Shown: one piece after another, positions 13,040 through 24,965 of the stretch
Position numbering within the stretch: position 1 is the stretch's first letter
How the letters are laid out: every line of letters begins with the position of its first letter
Source: Carcharhinus amblyrhynchos
Taxonomy: Eukaryota
DNA length: 64,000 bases
NCBI GenBank assembly: GCA_965287045.1
Contig: OZ336872.1
Span: 53,878,001-53,942,000 of the forward strand
Direction of reading: 5' to 3'
The notes under the pieces: model-generated
Database searches by the model: none
What the model saw: only the letters and a program-made list of their open reading frames with translations
Told to the model about the DNA's origin: nothing
Translations under genes and position numbers: made by a program

Positions 13040-14150
13040 AGTAGAGCAAAACCAGACAGCAACAAGGATGCCTGCATCTGCTGAGTCCTATGGAGAAGAT
13101 GACTCTTGGCATCATGATACTGTTGACGTACTGGTGGCATCCGGCATTAGTGAGAACATAGAGGGTGACAGAATGTTCCTCCCTAATGCTCCTCCTCAGC
13201 TCCCGGCACACACACCTCTGCTATCCAGCATGATGAGCAAGCTGCTGATGGTGTGACCATGGATCTCTCTTGTTTCCCTTCCTAACCCATTCCCTCATAC
13301 TGACCAATTCACCTCTGATTTCCTGCTTTGCGACAAAACCTCCACCTGCCAATCCACAGCAGCCCAAGGAGATGGAAAGGGAGCAACAGTCACAATACAG
13401 AATGTAACAAACTTGTAGCTGATCTGGCACTCTCCAGCACCAGCTCCGATACATTGTATGTACCCTCTCAGTAAGTATGGACATGTGGCAAACAAAATGG
13501 GGGCAGGAGTGGACCACTTGACACCCCAAATCTGCTCCTTCATTCAATACGATCAGGTTGATCTGACTATAACTTTTCATCTACTCCCACTAACCTTTCA
13601 GCCCCTTGTTTATCAAGAATTCAGCTACCTCTGCCTTAAAACATTTAAATACTCTGCTTCTGCTGTCATTTGAGGAAGGAAATTCTGAAGACCCACTTTG
13701 CTCAGAGAAAACAATTCTGCTCATCTCTGTCTTTAATGGGCGACCCATTGTTTTTAAACAAAGACACTTAGACCCTAGAGGGTCTAGATTTTCCCAAAAG
13801 AGAATCTCTTGTCATCCTCTTGTCATCCACCCTGTCAAGACCCCTCATGATGGAGTTAGGATTAGAATGTGGTAAGCCCTCACTAGCTGGCTCAGCCAGG
13901 CCAGGTAGATTGTTCGTTTGCCAGCTCACCAGAGGATGAGGTGGTAGATGGGTTTGGCCACAGTGGATTCAGTAGAGGACCTCCACAGAGTGGCATACAA
14001 GAGAACGCTGATGGGCATGCACACTGAGATGGTGGATGCAGTGGCTCACCTTTCCTCCAGCTTTCTGACATTGTCACAGCGCGTGGAGGAGTCTGACCCA
14101 AAGTTGGCGAAGAACATTGCACTGATCTTACTCTCCGCAGTCTAGGCCAG
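13040..14150 (+). mobile_element. Decayed Harbinger-type Myb-gene C-terminal fragments, interrupted by a CR1 tail
   Basis: Peptides VASGISENIEGD and AYKRTLMGMHTEMVDAVAHLSSSFLTLSQRVEES resemble the low-complexity/coiled tail of fish Harbinger Myb-like ORFs (recalled, weak). Confidence 0.35.
13475..13850 (-). mobile_element. CR1-type LINE 3' end
   Basis: ggggcaggagtggaccacttgacacccc...ccttcattcaatacgatcagg, the same tail type as at 54916 and 60949. Confidence 0.8.
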
Positions 14151-16033
14151 ATCCCCTTATCACACTGTACACCCAGAGGCACTGCCCCTGTTGCCCCTGT
14201 ACTTGTCACAGATTTTGTGTGCATATTTCACTGATCCTCTTTCTTACCTGTGAGGATGAAGGAACAATCTTTGGCAAATCCAGGAACATAATGACAATAA
14301 TTCTAAAAATACTCGAGAGTACGTACTTCCAAACACTTTAAAATAGCAGTAGGAAAGATTTGGGTGCTTGGTTGTTGAAGGAATGATGGTACAGGGCTCA
14401 TCTTGCACCTCAGCATTTCTTGTCTGTAGAATGACATCTAAATCTGTTGCCTGGAGCGGCATGGTCCAAATGAGGTGTCCTGTTAGCTCGTTAGGTGTTG
14501 GGTCTGAGTGACGTCAGGATCACGCTCCTCCATTAGGTCTCCTCAAGAGGGTGCGGTGTACGGGCAACTTGCACACCCCAACACGCTCTAGTAAAATGCC
14601 CCAAGAGCTCCATAGTGCCAATTTCTCCCAGAGAGAAGGTGCCCTAAGAGGCACAACACGAATTGGCAGACAGATGTCAGTGCAATCCTTCAGATTGTGT
14701 GTAATGCCACAGCTGATCCATCACTTTCCCAGATAACTTGCCGTCAGATTATTGTGCGAGCACAATACTGAAGTCTGCAAATTACGTCTGTGACACTGGA
14801 GTAAATCAACATTTAAAATAATCTTTCCTTCTTAAATGTATATCACAAAAATAATTAGTTTGTTTACACCTATTGTGATTCAACTTCCAGGATTTTACAA
14901 ATGAAGTTCTTTGTCAAGGCAAATGGAGTTAGTTAAGTAGTGTGAAAGTGTGGCAATCTGGCACTGTTGCACAATAATTCATTTAAACGAGGGAGACTGG
15001 AAGTTATTAACCATAGGAATGCAAGAACTAATGCTTTCAGGCTTTAACAGAAATGTTAACATGTTCAAAATAATCAGCAATTTGAAGTAATCCAAGTTTA
15101 GATTTTTTCTTACCACTTGATGTCAAGAGCAATGGTTGGAAATATTCTCAAATTAATGAGCGTCAACCAAATGACTCAGATAGACTAGTTCCACACCATT
15201 CTTTAGTGAACAGCCACCATTAAAATGAGGACAGTTGTAAGGATTTAATTCAACTTCAATTTTTTCCTCGTAACAAAAGAAACGATGATACTCAATATAA
15301 CTGCTTCTGAAGTGGCAGTGCAATTTTTATGGATCATCATTACAAATGTTTCTCAAAGCACTTTGTACAATGAATTACTTTGGATGTTCAATGACTGTAA
15401 TTTGTAAATGTAGTTTATGAGTTTCTATAACTGTTTTTGTTCCATTTTCAAAATGTGTGCGCGTTTGTGATTCACGTTCTTTTATTTTTACATCACCTCT
15501 TTGATGCCCTTTGCAAATATTTCCTTTCGCTGCTTTTTTTTTACTTTCTATTCCCTGCAAATGTTGACTCTGAGCTGCTGCTATACAGCCAATGTGATAA
15601 TGGGCGGCATTCTGGAACAGACTTACTGATTCAGCGATGTCAGTTGCCTTGGAATACCTTACCCAGTGTGAGCCCAGACAATGAATGCCAGCAGGCTGTT
15701 CACCTCTCGGAACAGCATGATTGTGCTTAATCATGCCTTTGCCTCCCAACCGGATGTTCATTTTCAGGCGAATGACTACAGGAATCCTGGCTTTCTTCCT
15801 ATCTTACTGGGGGCCTTGTTTCTTACTACCCCAACAATAAAATCAATATAGACCAAAGATTGAACTTTTGATGGATCTGCTTTGTATGGCCAAAGTATGC
15901 ATTTTAATGTTCCCATCCATTGACTATAAATGGACAAATGCAGTCACAAAGGAATCTGCCATGTATCTTGAGCAGGATATTACGAAGATCCAATTAAGTG
16001 AGCAGCTCAACTATCTGTCCTTCAGTTAGAATT

Positions 16034-16300
16034 GGGACGGCACAGTGGCACAGCAGGTAGCACTGCTGCCTCAGTGCTAGGGACCCGGGTTCGATGCCTG
16101 GCTTGGATCATTGTCTGTATGGAGTCTGCACATTCTCCCCATGTCTGCGTGGGTTTTCTCCAGATGCTCCGGTTTCCTTCCACAGTCTAAAAGAAGTGCT
16201 GGTTAGATGTTTTGATCCAAAGAGGCACCGTAGTGTGGCGACTAGGGAAATTTAACAGTAACTTCATTGCAATGTTAATGTAAGTAATAAATAAACTTTA
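16034..16300 (+). mobile_element. SINE with HE1-like head and core but an alternative tail
   Basis: Head and core as in HE1. The tail cagtaacttcattgcaatgttaatgtaag...aataaacttta is shared with 62646-62952. Confidence 0.85.
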
Positions 16301-17189
16301 GCATTATCTCCTTCTGCCAAATGCATAATTGGGCAGAGGCAGGAAGAGACCATGGTTAGAAGTGGAATCACAACACAAATGACAGATTGCAGCGTTCTCA
16401 AGTGGAGAAACGTTGGAAGTGTTATGCTTATCATCCAGTTTAGAAATTTCTGGACAACCCACTCAAAAGCTATAGTATCCTTTTGATAATGAGGACAGGT
16501 AGCCCTGAGCCACTAGCAATGCACATTCAAAACCAGGCAGATACATGCCTCGCTGTTTACCTGAAAATTGAAGCCCTGCTTCGCCACATTCTTTTTTGTT
16601 GCTGCCATTTTTGGGCTCTCCAGTGTTGGCTTTTCTCCTCTTATTTTGTCCATCCTCCTTATCCTCTAAGATCAGTTGATTCAGTGTTCATGTGGAGGGA
16701 AGGAGATAAGCTTTGAGGATAGGAGACAGCCATTTCCCCTTCTTCTTCTTTCTCCTCTTCATTACATCAAAACATAGGGATTCCCATTCAGAAATTCACA
16801 TCGACAGAGCAAAGCAGTACTTTTAGTATAGCTGAGTTAAAATAGCAGCAAACATTCCTGACCTAAGCCCCATGGTAAAGGTATGGTGACTATCGGCTGA
16901 CAAAGCAACCTATAGTAGCAACACACCTAATGGTCTTCACAGCATGGTAGTTGCAGCAGCTCTTACAGCCTCTTCTGAATGATTTGGCTGTTCGGTGGCA
17001 GGCGTGTGGGGGCTGCATATCAGAGGGGAACATGAAGGAATTATCTAACGTTTAACTACTCTCATTTTGTAAATATAACTCAGGTATTTTTTTTTTGAGA
17101 AAGGTTTGGGGCAATAACCTTTAAGAATCATTTTCTGCCCCAGAACATGGGCTCTGATTCAGATTGAAGTTCGGGTTGGCATGCCTCAG

Positions 17190-17530
17190 CTAGGGAGGTA
17201 ATGATGGCATACTGATTACACTGCTATCTGACAGAGCCGGGGACCTGGGTTTGATTCTGGTCTTGCAAAACTGTCTGTGTAGAGTTGGCACATTTTCCCT
17301 GCGTCTTCATGAGCTTTCCACAGTCCAAAGATGTGCGGGATAAGTTGATTGTCTAGGGTAAATTGGCCCTTCATGTCAAAGCTTCGTGGTTAGGTGACTT
17401 AGCTATGGTAAATGCATGGTGTTACAGTGTTAAGGCAGAGGGGAAGGCCTCATTGGGATGCTCTTGCAATCTATGCAGGCTCAATGAGCTGACAGGTCTC
17501 TTCTGCACTGTAGAGATCTGCAGTTCTGTG
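17190..17530 (+). mobile_element. Degenerate HE1-like SINE
   Basis: ggacctgggtttgattc...ctgtctgtgtagagttggcaca...cagtccaaagatgtgc...ttctgcactgtag. Confidence 0.75.
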
Positions 17531-18419
17531 GTATTAATGCTGGAAGTAGAATCCCAAATAGCATTTGAAAAGAAAGTGGATAAATGTTTTAAAAAGGAAA
17601 AAAAAAATAGGCTTTGGGGAAAGGAATGGGACTGAGCCAGATGCGATGTTCAGGAAGACACTGCCACAACAGGCTGAATGATTTCCTGATATGTAATCGT
17701 CCTATACATTAAATTATGCACACAGAAGTTTCAGGGCAGTGTGAGATTCCAACGTGTTTCTGATAAACCTTTCCATGTCAGAAAAACCTGCACCATGAAC
17801 AATGATTCCACAAACATAAGGAATTCAAAAAAACAAGTTATTCAGGTTGCTTTGTCACACATATTTTGTCTACAACTAGTTATTCAAGACGGAAGGCTAC
17901 GGTGTGATGTTCTAGGAAAACATTCCCATGGAAACAAGGTAGAAAATGCTCTGCTATTATACAAGAGACTATTACTACTCTAATCCATGTCATCACTTTA
18001 GTCTTTTTTATATGATATATGTTCTGTAGATGTTGCCACTGGGACACACATGACTTGCATATAATGTGGGAATCAGGTTCTGGCAGTACAGCACCTCTAT
18101 GACAGCTGTCTATCAGAAAGATCAAACTAAGAGAGCACTGGCCCTTCCATCACAACCGCAGGCTTGTCTTTCTCTCAAGTACTGACTGCTCTGCTGCTTT
18201 CGCTCAATGATCTGCTCAGTTTGCAGCATATATGCACAGAATTTTATTTTTTAGGCCATGCTACTTCACATAGGAGCAAATATGATAACACCAAGCTCCT
18301 ACTTAATGTGCTGTACAGAACAGAACTACTGAAGCAGTTAATGGGATGGACCTTCTGAATCATCCTCCCCATGTGTTGAGTTCACAAATATAGAATAATG
18401 CCAGGAACACTTTTTGCAT

Positions 18420-19173
18420 GAATAAAAAATTAATCCAAATGGTTTTATTTCTTGTGCTGATACATTCTTTGACAACAACACATCATTTATCCCAATTAAT
18501 GAGTGACCATAATAAAAAAAATCATGTTTGGCTGAAAGAATATTCCACGATATTGGCACATAAGCATCAAGATTAATGTCAATACTTGTTACAAACAAAT
18601 TGTAGAAAATTAACATGCTTTCATAGTCCTTTATCACACAGCTCCATAGGGGGCATAACAAGACGTGAACTGTTGACTAAACAGGGAATTCCAAGACCAA
18701 TTAATAAGTGTAACTGCATTCAGGAAGCAACAGTGAAACAGAAGCAACAAAGATGCACCACGCAAAACTTCACAAAATATATAGATGGGACTTTATTTTC
18801 TTTTTTTGTCAAAAACTGCAGTCTGGAAGTACACTCAAAGACTTAATAAGCCCTGTGAGATCTCAGTTATTCATTGCAGTTTGCCCTCAGGGTAAGATGC
18901 ATTGGTTTCAGCTCTGACTGATGCGCCAGGTCACGCACATAACAATACGACAGTGCCAGTGGCTTGCAAGTCTGATAAATCCAATAGTTGTTTCAGCAAA
19001 TTGTTTCTCAAGGAGCATATCAAACACTTGGGTCTTCCATGTTCAATCTCTGAGGTAAAGCCTGGCTTACAGGCTCCTCCATTGATAGGCAGTAGGGCGC
19101 ATGGAGGCCTGTGCCAGATGAATGACCAGACGCCTGAAGAATCTGGCCTCCCATTCTCTTCAGGAGGCAGCAT
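18420..19173 (-). other. GRM7: GRM7 3'UTR (minimum extent)
   Basis: Repeat-free AU-rich sequence following the stop codon. AATAAA on the minus strand at 18449-18444. The block at 18450-18600 resembles the distal human GRM7 3'UTR as I recall it (unverified). Confidence 0.65.
18444..18449 (-). terminator. Candidate polyadenylation signal AATAAA of GRM7
   Basis: tttatt on the plus strand, followed on the minus strand by a U-rich tract. Alternative AATAAA hexamers occur near 18243-18248 and 18792-18797. Confidence 0.5.
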
Positions 19174-19223
19174 TTAAATTACAAGATCATTGTAGCTTAC
19201 GTACTTCTTTTTGGCTGCTGGGC
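19174..19223 (-). CDS. GRM7: GRM7 terminal coding exon (mGluR7a C-terminus with PDZ ligand -LVI)
   Basis: Acceptor ccttcttttctacAG (AG at 19225-19224). A+GC joins in phase with the upstream exon to give S-PAAKKKYVSYNDLVI-TAA, matching mGluR7a SPAAKKKYVSYNNLVI. Confidence 0.96.
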
Positions 19224-21365
19224 CTGTAGAAAAGAAGGAAGATCAAAGTTAGACCAGGGAACGCCATGTTGATCAATGTTCTTACACAATAACAGTGCAA
19301 CTGATTAATTACTTCCAAGGACTTTGTGAAAGTGGTGCACCTCACGAAATCTCATTGTCATTGAGTAAGGCATCTCCGTACCCATGAGAAATTCTCAGGC
19401 AAAGTGCTTTAGGCAAATTGAGTGATAAAAGGGAATCTGAGATTTCAAAACCAGAAGCCTCAACTAAGTCATGAGCAAATATTTACTTCTCGGTTAGTCA
19501 TTGGAGTGAAAATGTTCCAAGGTTTGTGAGTTAATTTCACTGTTGAGCTAATTAATCCTAAGTTTTGGAGCAAAAGGCACAAATGGTATTATTTTCTGTG
19601 TTCCAAATGCAGGCATATGGGATAACATGTCTACATTAATGTGCAAAAAAATTTCTTCCCACAATCTCATACCACTTAATTCACTAAAGCAGAGATATTA
19701 ACAATAATATGACTCCTGCTGCTTAAATCATGAGAATAACTCACTGAATCAACATGCACTTGTGGAATAAAAGTTCGGCAGAAATGGATCTATGGATATT
19801 CCTGAAACAGAGGCGATGGCTACAGTCAAGATTAAGGGAAAGAAAAGCAATAGAAATACTGGAGTTTGAAAACACAATAATTATTATACCAAAACATTTT
19901 TGTTTGCCTTTCCGATTTCCCTTCTTTCTGCCCTGGGGGGACTGCCTTGTGTTTGGTGTGGGTTTTTTTGAGGGCTTTACTGCCATGTCCAATTGCTACC
20001 CATGAACATAGATAATAACAGTTGGCAGGACATTCACAACTGTGGAACATAACTCAGCCAAATCCAATGCTATGCTAATCACAGTCTTGACCTCCAACAT
20101 GCCTTTGATTCCATTCACATTTGGACTTCACCCAAAGACTGCTTGCTTCTGTTAATTGTACATCAATTGTGTTTCGTTGTTTGCAGGTGGCAAACATTAG
20201 TTCAGACTTCACTTGAGCACATCAAAAGAGATGCTTCCTGAAACTGTCATACGGTTGACTTAGGAGACATATGCTTGCAATGTTTCACGCTGTAAATAAA
20301 TGCAAGACTGAGTAAAGATTTGCTCCTGTATCATCCTTCATCTTTAATACCATCTTTTGCTACCATTTTGGAAAATCAGTTGGCGATGGATAACACTGAA
20401 ACCAATCTTTGTTCATTCTTGTATTTATTTACAGAGCAAAACATTACAAGCGTACATCTCCAAACTCAACCATACCACAGTTTCAGTAAATGCCTATTTT
20501 CAAATGCTGAAGTGAAACCTCAATAAAGGTCCTCCAACTACATGTAATTAAAAACAATTGATGTATCATTAGCAGATTCAATTTCACCTTTGAATAAACC
20601 TTAAAAGTTAAGTTGCAGAATCAACATTTCAGAAAAAAAATTAAGATAAAACTTCCATATTCTGTACAAAGCATTATATTGTCCCTCCTCCAATTTCTTT
20701 GGACCTGCATTATTTTTTGTAAAACAATCAGGTATTTGATTATGGATTCATCCACCCATTCAATTATCGAGCCTTCATTTCTCACCAGTAATTTCCACCT
20801 CTGGAACATGGCAGATACTGAAATGTGTCCGTCTCTGTCATCCTCTATAATTAAGCTTTCGGTCACCCCACCGAAGTTCTCCTCCGGTGGTTTTACACCC
20901 ATACTTTGCTCATGTTTCTAAGAAGCATCTGGAAATGTTATTTTATAATAATGGGCAATGATACAAAGTGATTACTGTCACCACCAATCCTCCATCTCAG
21001 TCTAATCATACACTTCAAAGCAGGAGTAGATGGAGCAAAATCGGGTGAAGAAATATTCTGTTAATTCAATTCCTCTAAGAAACCTTGTGGCATTTCTGCC
21101 AAAGCAAAATAGGGAGGGACAATAGCTCAGTTTGTTGTAGTAGTGATGGTGAAACTGAGTGTTCACTCCTCTTAAACTATTAGCAACTTTTGGAGTCTAC
21201 ACATGTGCAGTTAAAAGCAGAAATCATTCTCAGTGCTTCAATACATCTCATAGGTTGCTCTGTTGAAGTTCCCTGAAAGCTACCAGCGATCATTGAATGA
21301 CCTGTTTTAGGTTTGTGATATTACTGCTAAAAATACAGAAAAGGGTTGCTTACAGAGATGAAACT

Positions 21366-21495
21366 GGGGGTGGGATTCTCCAGCCTCACACGTCTTGCCC
21401 CCACTGTCAACGAGAATGGAGAATTTGGTACTCAGCCAAAACTCCATTCACTGCAGCAACACCAGAGAATCCCAGCCATGGGTAAGACTTTTGGC
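21366..21495. mobile_element. ~135-bp MITE, family shared with 23672 and 37168
   Basis: Ends gggtgggattctcc...agagaatcccagcc. The interior ccattcactgcagc is shared among the copies. Confidence 0.7.
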
Positions 21496-21659
21496 ATTGT
21501 TTTTTTAAACTGTATATTAAGTCACAATCAATCGTAGAAAAACATCTTTGGCCCTGGGAAACTAATTTCACATTTAAAGTCCTTGAATATAACATTTTTT
21601 TTAAAGTTTGATCATGATATCCATTGACTAAATAACTAATCATTTCATCTGTCTTATTA

Positions 21660-22447
21660 GCAACAGCTAGCATGGTTTTGTATGAGAGGCCATGTCTCAC
21701 TAATTTGATAGAGGTTTATGAGGAGGTGACAAAAATGATTGATGAGGGAAGAGCTGTGGATGTCATCTACATGGACTTTTGCACATGCTGGTGCAAAAGA
21801 TTAAATCATACGGGATCAAAGGGAAATTGGCTAGATGGATTCAGAACTGGCTTAGCCATAGAAAGAAGTCTCACAACACCAGGTTAAAGACCAACAGGTT
21901 TATTTGGTAGCACAAACCACTAGCTTTCAGAGCGCTGCTTCTTCATCAGTTAAGTGTGATTTCACTTCACAAACAGGGCATATAAAGACACAAACTCAAT
22001 TTACAAAATAATGATTGGAATGTGAGTCGCAATTCTGGTCACCACACTACCAGAAGGATGTAGAGAGATTAAACAAACTGGACGACAGAGGCTGAGGGGT
22101 GACCTGATAGAAAATTATGAAGGGCATAGATAAGGTGAACAATTGGAAGCTTTTTCCCAGAGCAGAAATGACAATTGCAAGGGGCACAAGTTCAAGCTAA
22201 GGGGAGAAAGGTTCAGTGGAGATGTACGAGGAAGTTGTTTTTACACAAAGGGTGGTAGGAGCCTGAAATGCACTGCTAAGTGAAGTGGTCGAGGTAGACA
22301 TGTTAACGACATTTAAGACTTATCTGGATAGATACATGAACAGGTGGGGAATAGAGAGATACAAACGGTTGGTCTAGACAGGACAACATGATCAGTGCAG
22401 GCTTGGTCGGCCAAAGTGCCTATTCCTGTGATGTACTGTTCTTTGTA
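21660..22447 (+). mobile_element. CR1/HER1-type LINE RT and 3' end, deleted internally and interrupted by a Penelope-like fragment
   Basis: CLTNLIEVYEEVTKMIDEGRAVDVIYMDF motif, and the tail ...gtactgttctttgt. Confidence 0.88.
21865..22028 (-). mobile_element. Penelope-like element terminal (pLTR) fragment with a hammerhead-like core
   Basis: The minus strand reads aCTGATGAagaagcagcgctctGAAAgctagtgg...aataaacctgttgg.ctttaacctggtgttgtgagacttc. The same end motif occurs at 50873-51016 and 54488-54550. Confidence 0.65.
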
Positions 22448-23671
22448 ATCCAGCTGGAAGTAGGGAGTGGTATGTGTGCAGCAAAACATGTGCTGAATAA
22501 ATGTAAATGTAGAATATATACCACCTACATCCAGTAATTTTGTCTAGTCTTTGCCCATGTTGGGGAATAATACTATTTTACAAGTATTATTCCCCAGAAT
22601 GATCAACTACCAAGATCTGCAATTTCCTTAAAAAAAAACAATGTTGTTTCCCTTGTTAGGGCAAACAAAAAAAAAAGTATTGCCTGATAGTCAGTTTCCA
22701 TATTACAATCTCAGTGCCACTCAAGGCCCAATACAATAAAAGATAGATCTTCAGTGAATACTTATTTAGAGTTGGAATGAAGTCCAGCGTTTCACCGAGA
22801 ACATATTGAATTAATTTAATAGAATTTCCTATTAAACTAGAAAGATGCATTCTAGTTCATTGTGTTGTGTTGGCAAATTGTTTTAATCCTGTGCAACTCT
22901 TCCAGACTGTCTATATTACCCTTCTGTGAGAACTTACATTCTTTTAAAATGGAAGTTCGGAAAACAAGTCTGACCATAACTCCTCGACTTATCTTCGTGT
23001 TTCCTGTACCCAGTGGTATTCTGGGTTGTGAGCTAACCCTTTGCACAGCTTCCCAAATGTATTAATGCCACCCACATTCAATTGCTTTAGTATAACAAAC
23101 ACCAGCAGTGCTAATAAATTTGAATATGTTCTGCCACCGCCCCCCCCCCCCCCCAAGTCAGCCATCTCCACATGATCTGGAAAATGATACACTGGTTCAT
23201 GAATCCATTCCCAGCATCCTTTCATGAGTAAAACCTACGCGCACCACAGGCATACACAAATTACAACTGTATTACTTTTCACACATGAAGGGGCACACAG
23301 AAAGTATGGGCACTCCATGCGAAAATCAAATTATTCTGTAGTTTGCCTTTCAAAGAGTTCAGGACACAATACTAGCACTGGTGCATGAACTGTGAAGACA
23401 CCGTGGGTGCCACAGACATCCATTTTATATATGCCAAAATAAATTACTTTATCTTTTTTTCCCATTCTTTCAAATGGAGTTTGCTAAATAGCTATATAAA
23501 TTACATTTTCACAATGTGGCTATTTGCCCAATGGGCTTGAGTGACTTTGTCAGGCTAAGCTACTTCACATACATCCTCTTCCCTGCATTCTCGCTGCATT
23601 GCAATTAAGACTCCTCAGAGTGTGTTTGCTGTTATAACCCACGATCCTAATATTGTGGATCTCTAAGGTCA

Positions 23672-23809
23672 GGGCTAGCAATCTCTGACCTCGCCCATGG
23701 CTGGGATTCTCCAGTCCCGCTGAGTGAATGGAATTTTGTCCGAGCCCTGACTTTTTCATTCTCGCTGGCAGTGTGGCATGGCATGAATGAGATCAGAGAA
23801 TCCCAGCCC
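23672..23809. mobile_element. ~135-bp MITE (opposite orientation to the 21366 and 37168 copies)
   Basis: gggctagcaatctctgacc...cagagaatcccagccc aligns end to end with the reverse complement of 37168-37305. Confidence 0.75.
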
Positions 23810-23821
23810 AAGCCTTTCTGC

Positions 23822-24273
23822 CAGCCATAGCTCAGTGGGTAGCGTTCTAGCCTCTGCATCAGAAGGCTTTTAGTTCAAAGCCCAGCCCCGACCTGAGTGC
23901 ACAAATCCAGGCTGACTCCAGTGCAGTAACTGAGGGAGTGCTGCGCTGTCAGAGGTGCCATCTTTCAGCAGAGGTGTTTAACCAAGACTTTGTATGCCCT
24001 CTGTGGTGGATGTAAAAGATCTCATGGCACTGTTTCAAAGAGGAGCCCGGGGGTTAACCCAAGTGACCTGGCCAATATTTACCCCTCAATCAACATCATC
24101 ATAAATATGATCATTACCATACTGTTGTATGTGGGATCTTGCTGTGCACTGATTGGCTGCAGCACTTCCTACATTACAACAATGACTGTATTCCAAAATC
24201 ATTTCATTGGCTGTAAAGCATTTTCAGATAGTCAGGTGGTCATGAATTGCGCTATATAAATGTAAGTCTTTTT
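23822..24273 (+). mobile_element. SacSINE1/Deu-SINE-like element, near full length
   Basis: tRNA head (tagctcagtgggtagc...gttcaaa), Deu-domain (tgagggagtgctgc.ctgtcagaggtgcc.tctttc...gatgtaaaagatc.catggcact), and tail gctatataaatgtaagtcttttt. Confidence 0.85.
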
Positions 24274-24659
24274 GAGAGCTTGGCGGTGTAACATCAGATG
24301 CTGAAGTCAGCAGGTGTATCTTAAGTTCCTAAATCCTGTCGGATTTCTTCCAGCTGTCCATACAAGAACATCTTGTGCCCCAGAGCTGAACTTCCCATTT
24401 CACAGCTGGATCTGTAGCTGAAACTACAAGACAGCTGCAGACACCAGATTTCATTCCCCTCCAGCTTCACTTTATGACCTTCACCAAGCAGATCGCTGAC
24501 CAATTTCAGTGAATGTAAAAAGAAACCCAGATCGACCTTGCTAATGTAAACTGCCAATCTTTCATCCAGAAGTAAAATTGTGAATGAAACTTGACTAATT
24601 TGAAGCTTTTGAAAATCAGATTTATATCACCTGTGTTCTGAAAACCAATTGTTCATTAG

Positions 24660-24965
24660 GCTTGGCTAGGTGAGTGCCTATTGCCTCTGAGTCTGAAAGT
24701 GCTAAGTTCATGTCCCACTTCACAGACACACACTCGATTTAGGCCAACACTTTAATGCAGAACCATGGGAGTGCTGCACTACCAGAGGTGTTGCCTTTCA
24801 GATGAATCATTAAAAAATTAGCCCATCTGCCCTTTCAGGTGGCTGCAAAATATCCCATGGGACTCTCTAATAGAAAGCATGGGAATTCTCCTGGTATTTG
24901 ACCAATATTTTCTCTTAATCAACACCATCAACAATAGCCTGGTTGATTAATAATCTCATTGCTTT
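24660..24965 (+). mobile_element. SacSINE1/Deu-SINE-like element, 3'-truncated
   Basis: Aligns with 23822-24120. Confidence 0.75.

Noticed and set aside
20621-20930. 93-aa minus-strand ORF (MGVKPPEENFGG...) as an alternative GRM7 exon
   Set aside because: The nearby ttccAG acceptor gives N-A-S-stop in the GRM7 frame, and there is no recognisable homology.
23822-23900. tRNA gene
   Set aside because: The tRNA-like sequence is the degenerate head of a Deu-SINE. The same applies to all HE1 heads.
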